Origin: Candidatus Micrarchaeia archaeon
GTDB lineage: Archaea; Micrarchaeota; Micrarchaeia; Micrarchaeales; CABMGC01
Direction of reading: 5' to 3'
DNA length: 13,494 nt
Assembly (NCBI GenBank): GCA_049976845.1
Contig: JBMFHL010000017.1
Span: forward strand, 1 to 13,494
Made by a program: the position numbers and the translations under genes. The notes under the pieces were generated by a model that was not told the DNA's origin, made no database searches, and was given only the letters and a program-made list of their open reading frames with translations. Positions 8,647 to 13,494 of this stretch are shown piece after piece (position 1 is the first letter of the stretch; every line of letters starts with the position of its first letter).

Positions 8647-10409
8647 TAAATCAGTATAAAATTAGCGAGATGCTTTTTTAAGCTTATTTTCGAATTCAAC
8701 AAATATCGAAGCTCAAAAATTGGCATTCGTCCTACTAAAGAAAATTGCAAAGCAGTGCAAGCGCCATGGGCGCCTGCACCTTGCAAAAATACGCTATTGT
8801 CTTCTATAGAAAGAAATTCGCTTGCCCTAAAAACCCTAACTCCTTCTATATGCAAGTACCTTTCTGCTTCAGTATCGTTTACAATCACGAATACCTTGCT
8901 AAAATTATCAAGCCTCTTCTTTATCATCGCCTCTGCTTTTTCGAAGTTGTTCTTCCCTGTCTCATATTCTACCGCTACCCTTGCATTACCTATTCTTGCT
9001 ATTATATCAGGACCGAAGGTGCTGTTGTAAATTCTGTTGCCTATGCCTAAGTCTGTGAGGTGCCTGCTTATTAGGTCAACCAATATGTCGTGCTCCGCGC
9101 CATTCCTCTGTGTGACCATATACCATGTGCCCTCGTAGCCTTTTGCACCTGTATTATAATACCTAAGCACGCCTTCTTTCACCAGAAAGTCTATGCTCTG
9201 AAACGCCTCTTGCTCATTGAATCCGTGAGTGGCAAGCATGCTAAGCAAATTCTCCTTCTTAACAGCCCTTTTGGCTAGCTGCATTATATAATGGCTGGCC
9301 TCTTTTGCCCCTTCCAGCAAATAGAATCTCACTATAATTGGCTCTCTCAGACTTGACATCACTACAGCATGACCCTGCCTGAGCCTCCTCATGGCCTTCT
9401 TCACTTCAGAAAACCTCTCCAGTTCGTTTCCGCTTGAAATCATGTTAGATATATAATTAAGCTCCTCCGGCTCCCTTTGGTAGAAAGCAATTATCGTCGA
9501 AGCGTTGCCTCTTAGATTTTTCTCAACCTGCTTTGCATGCTGGGATAATGCAATTATGCCGATGTTGTATTTTCTTCCCTCTGCAGCAAGCCTGCCAATT
9601 ATATTGCTCTGCCCAAGCTTTTCTACCTCATCTATGATTATATAGAACCTCCTTGTCGATGTTCTCTCAGAACTCAACATGCTGCTGTAAATCTTCCTAA
9701 GGAAGCCTTCAATGTAAACAGCCTGCGCCTCACTGGTATGCAAAGACGATATTGCAAACACGCTTCTGGAGCTTAGCAGGTCATCAATGCCTATATATCT
9801 ACTAGACAATTCGGAACCAAGCATGAGGAACCTTTTCTCTAGCGAGTTCAATATGCTTACCTCGCCCTTTGTAGCGTGCCTTTTAAACACCTTTATAGAA
9901 TAGACAAGACTGTTTATGTTGGGCACTTTCCCACTCTCAGAGAAAAAGTTGTAAGTGTAAAGTATGAGTTTGTACAGCATGTAACTCTGAACCTCTCCGA
10001 GCCTGAAGATTCTTCTGAAAAGCTCTGTAAGCTCACCTGTCCTCTCTTTTATACTCATGCCATCTAGATCAAAGAGGTTTATGCCTGTATACAATGCATT
10101 GTATACCTTCGCTTCGGTCTCCTTTGCCAAATCTATGTATTCATCATGCGGGTCAAATACAATGAAGTTTGATCCATCTGCGCTGAGGCTCCTTATTATC
10201 TGCTTGCATGCGTTTGACTTGCCACTACCTGATTCCCCTACGATAAGTATATGCCTATTTATCTCGTTGTTACCAATGTAGAAATTTTTGAAGAAGACTC
10301 TGCTCCATCTCCAGTGCAGTCTTCCTACTCCTAATTTGCTTATAGAGAGCCTTCTCTCTACCGTGCCAACACTTTTGGAATTAGCCCTAAATAATTTTTT
10401 TAAAAACAC
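8646..10409 (-). CDS. HerA/FtsK/VirB4-superfamily (DUF87-like) P-loop ATPase with C-terminal PD-(D/E)xK-like nuclease domain
   Basis: HILIVGESGSGKS (Walker A), VFDPHDEY, FYIIIDE (Walker B), AAEGRKYNIGIIALSQ (Arg finger and conserved Q); C-terminal EHDILV...GPDIIARIGNARVAVEYETG. GTG 10409 preferred as start because SD GGGGTG lies 5 nt upstream and it avoids overlap with nfo. Confidence 0.82.
   Translation of the reverse strand: MFLKKLFRANSKSVGTVERRLSISKLGVGRLHWRWSRVFFKNFYIGNNEINRHILIVGESGSGKSNACKQIIRSLSADGSNFIVFDPHDEYIDLAKETEAKVYNALYTGINLFDLDGMSIKERTGELTELFRRIFRLGEVQSYMLYKLILYTYNFFSESGKVPNINSLVYSIKVFKRHATKGEVSILNSLEKRFLMLGSELSSRYIGIDDLLSSRSVFAISSLHTSEAQAVYIEGFLRKIYSSMLSSERTSTRRFYIIIDEVEKLGQSNIIGRLAAEGRKYNIGIIALSQHAKQVEKNLRGNASTIIAFYQREPEELNYISNMISSGNELERFSEVKKAMRRLRQGHAVVMSSLREPIIVRFYLLEGAKEASHYIMQLAKRAVKKENLLSMLATHGFNEQEAFQSIDFLVKEGVLRYYNTGAKGYEGTWYMVTQRNGAEHDILVDLISRHLTDLGIGNRIYNSTFGPDIIARIGNARVAVEYETGKNNFEKAEAMIKKRLDNFSKVFVIVNDTEAERYLHIEGVRVFRASEFLSIEDNSVFLQGAGAHGACTALQFSLVGRMPIFELRYLLNSKISLKKHLANFILI
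8674..8690 (-). promoter_or_regulatory. Putative BRE/TATA for mvk-ipk, embedded in the ATPase 3' end
   Basis: Minus-strand AAAATAAGCTTAAAAAA, with the TATA-like part ~30 nt upstream of ATG 8646. Confidence 0.4.
8745..8787. repeat. GC-rich inverted repeat (hairpin) flanked by TTGCAAA direct repeats
   Basis: GTGCAAGCGCC (8755-8765)-ATG-GGCGCCTGCAC (8769-8779): 10/11 Watson-Crick pairs, the remaining one is G-U on the minus strand. TTGCAAA at 8745-8751 and 8781-8787. Confidence 0.6.
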
Positions 10410-10443
10410 AAAAACACCCCGGCAAAAGCGAGGCAAAAATGAG

Positions 10444-11271
10444 CTATAATTTATCCTCAATTATCCCCCTTACCCTTCTGATCTCTTCAGATGGCGATAT
10501 CTCATTGCTCATCGGCGTTTCAAGTATCAAAGGCTTGCTCGCAAGTTTTTTATCCCCCAGAAAAGTTCTAAAACCCTCAATGCCTATATATCCAAAGCCT
10601 ATATTAGCGTGCCTGTCAAGCCTAGAGCCAAGAGGGTATTTTGCATCGTTGAGGTGTATTGCTCTTATTTCTTCAATGCCTATTGTACTCTCTATCAACT
10701 CTATTGTAGAGGGGTCTCTTATATCATAGCCGCTTGCAAATGCATGGCAAGTGTCAAAGCAGAAGCCAATCCTTTTGCTACCTATTTTGTCATATATATA
10801 AGAAAGGTCATTCAAGTCTGAGCCTATGCTATTCTTCTGCCCTGCCTCATTCTCTAGAAGCAGCATGCATTTGTAGTCCAATACCTGCAATGCTGCATTA
10901 GCTACCCTCTCCAAACTTTTCTCCTTGTTCTCTCCCAAGCTGCTTCCCATATGTGCTACAAGATATGTCATTCCTAGTTCTTCACATCTTTGCATATTCT
11001 CTTGCAAAGCCTTTACTGATTTCTTATAACCCTCGTCTTTTGGTGATGCAAGATTTGGAAGATAAGGCATATGTGCTATTATAGGATATACCTTGCGCTC
11101 TTTTCCCTTCTCCCTAAAGAAATCAGCATCATGCGGGCCAAGCTCCTGCATTGCCCAACCTCTTGGATTTGTCACAAATATCTGCATTGTATTGCCGCCT
11201 ATAGCCAAGGTTCTGTCGAATGATAAGTCTATTCTACCAGCTATTGAAACGTGGTGCCCTACTCTAATCAT
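10444..11271 (-). CDS. nfo: Endonuclease IV (AP endonuclease family 2)
   Basis: MIRVGHHVSIAG start; metal-ligand motifs HMPYLPNLAS, VAHMGS, LLENEAG, CFDTCHAF, IHLND, DRHANIG, ILETP. TTTTAAAT lies ~25 nt upstream of ATG 11271. Confidence 0.93.
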   Translation of the reverse strand: MIRVGHHVSIAGRIDLSFDRTLAIGGNTMQIFVTNPRGWAMQELGPHDADFFREKGKERKVYPIIAHMPYLPNLASPKDEGYKKSVKALQENMQRCEELGMTYLVAHMGSSLGENKEKSLERVANAALQVLDYKCMLLLENEAGQKNSIGSDLNDLSYIYDKIGSKRIGFCFDTCHAFASGYDIRDPSTIELIESTIGIEEIRAIHLNDAKYPLGSRLDRHANIGFGYIGIEGFRTFLGDKKLASKPLILETPMSNEISPSEEIRRVRGIIEDKL

Positions 11272-11640
11272 GAGCAAGATTAGACATTCAAATTTAAAAT
11301 ACTGGATGGAGAATTGGGCACTGGGGCCCGGCAAAGCCTCAGATTCAGCTGAGCTGTCTTTGCCGGTAAGCTGCCACCCCACCTTTCCTTTAGATACCTG
11401 CGCAAGCAACTCATATTCACTTGCCTTTCCTGCCTCACTTACCACTTTGCTTAAGACCGTAGCCTCAAGCAAGTATCCTGTTGCTTTTGCAATCTCTGAA
11501 AGTGCTGCATAGTCAATTCCAGTTTCGTTGCCTGGCTTCAAACTTGCCTCCTTCCACATTTCTTCCAAGGCAGTTATCAGCTTCCTTATTGTTTTCTTAT
11601 TGTATGGCAGCTTGCCCTCTGTGCCTCCTGTATTCTCCAT
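11272..11640 (-). CDS. Unknown ~100-120 aa mostly helical protein or domain, reading in frame into nfo without a stop
   Basis: ATG 11640 is preceded by SD-like GAGGCGA (11651-11645). The first ~100 residues look protein-like (NKKTIRKLITALEEMWKEA...). Same frame as nfo. Confidence 0.55.
11322..11381. repeat. GC-rich multi-stem inverted repeat at the junction between the unknown ORF and nfo
   Basis: CCGGCAAAG (11328-11336) pairs with CTTTGCCGG (11358-11366); inner CTCAG/CTGAG stem; outer TGGGG/CCCCA stem. Confidence 0.65.
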
Positions 11641-11642
11641 CC

Positions 11643-11891
11643 TATCGCCTCTTCAAACCACCAAAGAAAGGGTGCGCCAAGCCGCAGAGCCAAAGCCCTA
11701 CCAATTTTTATAGCGTTGGTCTACGCTTTTGCCTGAATTTATATATATAGTAATATATTTATACTTTACTAAAATATTTATACTAAAGTAGATATATTTA
11801 TAAATATATACAAGCATAATAATAATGCCAGGCATTGCCAAGTATCGCCTCGGCTTGCTTGGTACCATCCAAAGGGGGCGGCGCAAGCCGC
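11643..11891. repeat. Two degenerate direct-repeat copies (11643-11685 and 11843-11891)
   Basis: Three colinear shared blocks: TATCGCCTC, ACCA(T)CCAAAG, GCGC(C)AAGCCGC. Confidence 0.6.
11735..11810. promoter_or_regulatory. AT-rich tract with phased TTTATA boxes and palindromes (divergent promoter region)
   Basis: TTTATA at 11738, 11758, 11777 and 11797; ATATTTATACT at 11755 and 11774; perfect 18-bp palindrome at 11792-11809. Confidence 0.55.
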
Positions 11892-11912
11892 CTTAATATT
11901 TGTCCTCAAAAT

Positions 11913-11947
11913 CTTTTTGTACAAAAAGGCAGTAAACTTTATAAATA
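11913..11947 (+). promoter_or_regulatory. 16-bp palindrome plus BRE/TATA upstream of the 115-aa gene
   Basis: CTTTTTGTACAAAAAG (11913-11928), followed by GTAAAC-TTTATAAA (TATA at 11938-11945). Confidence 0.55.
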
Positions 11948-11977
11948 ATAAAAAAGCAGCGTTAAAGTGGTGTAACA

Positions 11978-12325
11978 ATGAATGGCAACGCATATGCATT
12001 GCACGGAAAACAATTGTCCGAAGAAGTAGATAGAATTTTAAAAGAAGGCGAAGCACGCGTACTGAGTGAGAAAATCTGCCCGGATTTCACCAAGGTGGAA
12101 GAAATAATGTGCAAATACCGCACAATCGAGGAAATAGAATCAATATCCCCAAATGTGGAAATAATAATAAGCAGCTATACTCCTATCAACGGCACCATTG
12201 AATCGGAACCTGATCCAGACAAAATTGTCTCCGCCACAGTAAAAATACCTGATATAGGCTCTTCAGCTCTGTCAGAGAGCTTTATACCAATGAATCCTGA
12301 GATCTACTTAGTAAAAAGGCATTAA
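11978..12325 (+). CDS. Hypothetical acidic protein, 115 aa
   Basis: Has its own TATA box and SD-like GTGGTG before the ATG; fills the gap before htpX; no recognised motif. Confidence 0.7.
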   Translation: MNGNAYALHGKQLSEEVDRILKEGEARVLSEKICPDFTKVEEIMCKYRTIEEIESISPNVEIIISSYTPINGTIESEPDPDKIVSATVKIPDIGSSALSESFIPMNPEIYLVKRH

Positions 12326-12392
12326 GAACCGTGGACCTTAATAGGCAAAAAGCTAAGCAAGGTATTTATTTCTCTTTTCCTATTTTATATTT

Positions 12393-13367
12393 ATGTCAGG
12401 CATAGCAGAGCTTAAGATGAGGATGTATCTTACAATAGCGTTAGTTTTTGCAACAGGCTTTGCAATACTGCTCGTCATAATGGACTATCTCGGTGCTTCA
12501 GCATTCCTGATAATATCAATTACCTTGCTGTTTTTCTTCGCTCAGTGGTACTTCAGCCCTTCCCTGATAAGGCTTGTGTCAAGGCTCAGGTACATAAAAC
12601 CGGGTGAAATGTCCGAGCTTCATGAAATGGTTAAAAGGCTTGCGTCAGCATCATCTGTGCCAGCACCAAGAATTGCAATAAGCCCATCGCAGCAGCCCAA
12701 TGCATTTGTGTTCGGCAGGACTAGGAAAAGCGCGACATTGGTAGTGCACGAGGGTCTTCTCAACCAGCTCAACAGCGAGGAATTGGAGAGCGTATTAGCG
12801 CATGAGATGGGCCACATAAAGCACAACGACTTTCTAGTAATGACGCTAGTGGCTCTAGTTCCAATGCTCGCGTATATAATAGCGGAGAGCTTCTTTTTCG
12901 GTGGTATTAGAGGCAACAGGAACGGCTCTTATACAATGTTGATTGGTATGGGCGCATTTGCTGTTTATTTTCTCTCGCAGCTTCTTATACTGAATCTCTC
13001 ACGCTCGCGCGAGTACTTTGCAGACATGCATTCGGCACAGACCACAAAGAAGCCAGAGAATCTTGCAAGCGCACTATCAAAAATAACATATAATATGGCA
13101 AGCTCAAACCAGGAGCAAGCAAGCAGTGGCATGGCCCGCTCTTTCTATATAGCAGATAGTTTCAGCGCAAGGAAGGATCTAAAGGAGATAGAGGAGCATG
13201 CCGATGAGATAAAGCATATACTACCTAACATGGAGATAAGCAAGCTCAAGGAGCTCGCGGCAAAGGAAACGGGTGCAAGATCCATTTTTGGGGCTTTTGC
13301 AACCCATCCGCCAACCTATAAAAGAATACTAGCATTAGCAAGGATAAAATCAGAAATCGAAAAATAA
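12393..13367 (+). CDS. htpX: Membrane zinc metalloprotease HtpX (peptidase M48B)
   Basis: Two N-terminal TM helices, QPNAFVFG, ELESVLAHEMGH (HExxH), LSRSREYFAD, LASALSKI, FATHPP. Confidence 0.95.
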   Translation: MSGIAELKMRMYLTIALVFATGFAILLVIMDYLGASAFLIISITLLFFFAQWYFSPSLIRLVSRLRYIKPGEMSELHEMVKRLASASSVPAPRIAISPSQQPNAFVFGRTRKSATLVVHEGLLNQLNSEELESVLAHEMGHIKHNDFLVMTLVALVPMLAYIIAESFFFGGIRGNRNGSYTMLIGMGAFAVYFLSQLLILNLSRSREYFADMHSAQTTKKPENLASALSKITYNMASSNQEQASSGMARSFYIADSFSARKDLKEIEEHADEIKHILPNMEISKLKELAAKETGARSIFGAFATHPPTYKRILALARIKSEIEK

Positions 13368-13494
13368 AATAAAAAAGAATATCCGAAATACAGCGAAAGA
13401 AGCGGTCCGAGAACTATTCCTACCACAAAACTTAAACCTATCGGAATCCCAAGATATGCAAGAGCGGTAGCCCTCTGATTTTCTGAAACAGTAT
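13316..13494 (-). pseudogene. 3' end of an apparently truncated MFS transporter (YajR/DHA1-like), 5'-partial
   Basis: Manual translation: TVSENQRATALAYLGIPIGLSFVVGIVLGPLLSLYFGYSFLFYFSISDFILANASILL*. It resembles the MFS loop4-TM5-TM6 pattern. The stop TAG at 13318-13316 lies inside htpX. Confidence 0.55.

Noticed and set aside
2..10409. Reading the MPE/coiled-coil protein and the HerA-like ATPase as a canonical Mre11-Rad50-HerA-NurA operon
   Set aside because: They are 6.6 kb apart with unrelated metabolic genes between, and no Rad50 Walker A, zinc hook or NurA is visible.
10410..10460. Longer ATPase start at 10460
   Set aside because: It overlaps the nfo 3' end; GTG 10409 has a well-placed GGGGTG SD.
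10421..11733. 10-bp inverted repeat GGCAAAAGCG (10421-10430) / CGCTTTTGCC (11724-11733) around nfo, and scattered GGCAAA(A) motifs
   Set aside because: 10-bp matches are expected by chance in 13.5 kb; there is no transposase or target-site duplication.
11643..11891. CRISPR array or fluoride-riboswitch reading of the spacer repeats
   Set aside because: Only two gapped copies 200 nt apart and no cas genes; GGCGATA is not followed by the complementary TCGCC pairing expected for the fluoride riboswitch.
11698..12056. Minus-strand ORFs 11698-11886 and 11778-12056
   Set aside because: They translate the AT-rich promoter tract into low-complexity Ile/Tyr/Phe sequence, and one overlaps the better-supported plus-strand gene.
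2155..12916. The remaining short overlapping ORFs inside the GH, VIT1, korAB, ipk, mvk, ATPase, nfo and htpX genes
   Set aside because: They overlap well-supported genes, antisense or out of frame, and show no motifs.

Overview
Gene-dense, chromosomal-looking archaeal window. A DPANN/Micrarchaeota-like acidophile is my inference from gene content, leaderless TATA-box promoters and a Ser/Asn/Tyr-rich secreted protein; it is not proven. Left to right: (1) a >=664-codon minus-strand ORF missing from the supplied track, with two tandem calcineurin-like metallophosphoesterase domains (the first degenerate and split by a long coiled coil) and an apparent ATA start; (2) a secreted clan-A glycoside hydrolase; (3) a minus-strand block of ferritin-like/VIT1 (MbfA-like) iron transporter, 2-oxoacid:ferredoxin oxidoreductase beta and alpha, isopentenyl phosphate kinase, mevalonate kinase, a HerA/FtsK-like ATPase with a C-terminal PD-(D/E)xK-like nuclease domain, and endonuclease IV joined in frame to an upstream ~120-codon unknown ORF; (4) a highly patterned 337-bp divergent spacer (degenerate direct repeat, phased TTTATA array, palindromes, GNRA hairpin, 23-codon ORF); (5) a hypothetical gene, htpX, and the 3' end of an MFS transporter that stops around TM6 and overlaps htpX. 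No rRNA, tRNA, CRISPR array or transposase was seen. All calls come from manual motif reading without database searches.
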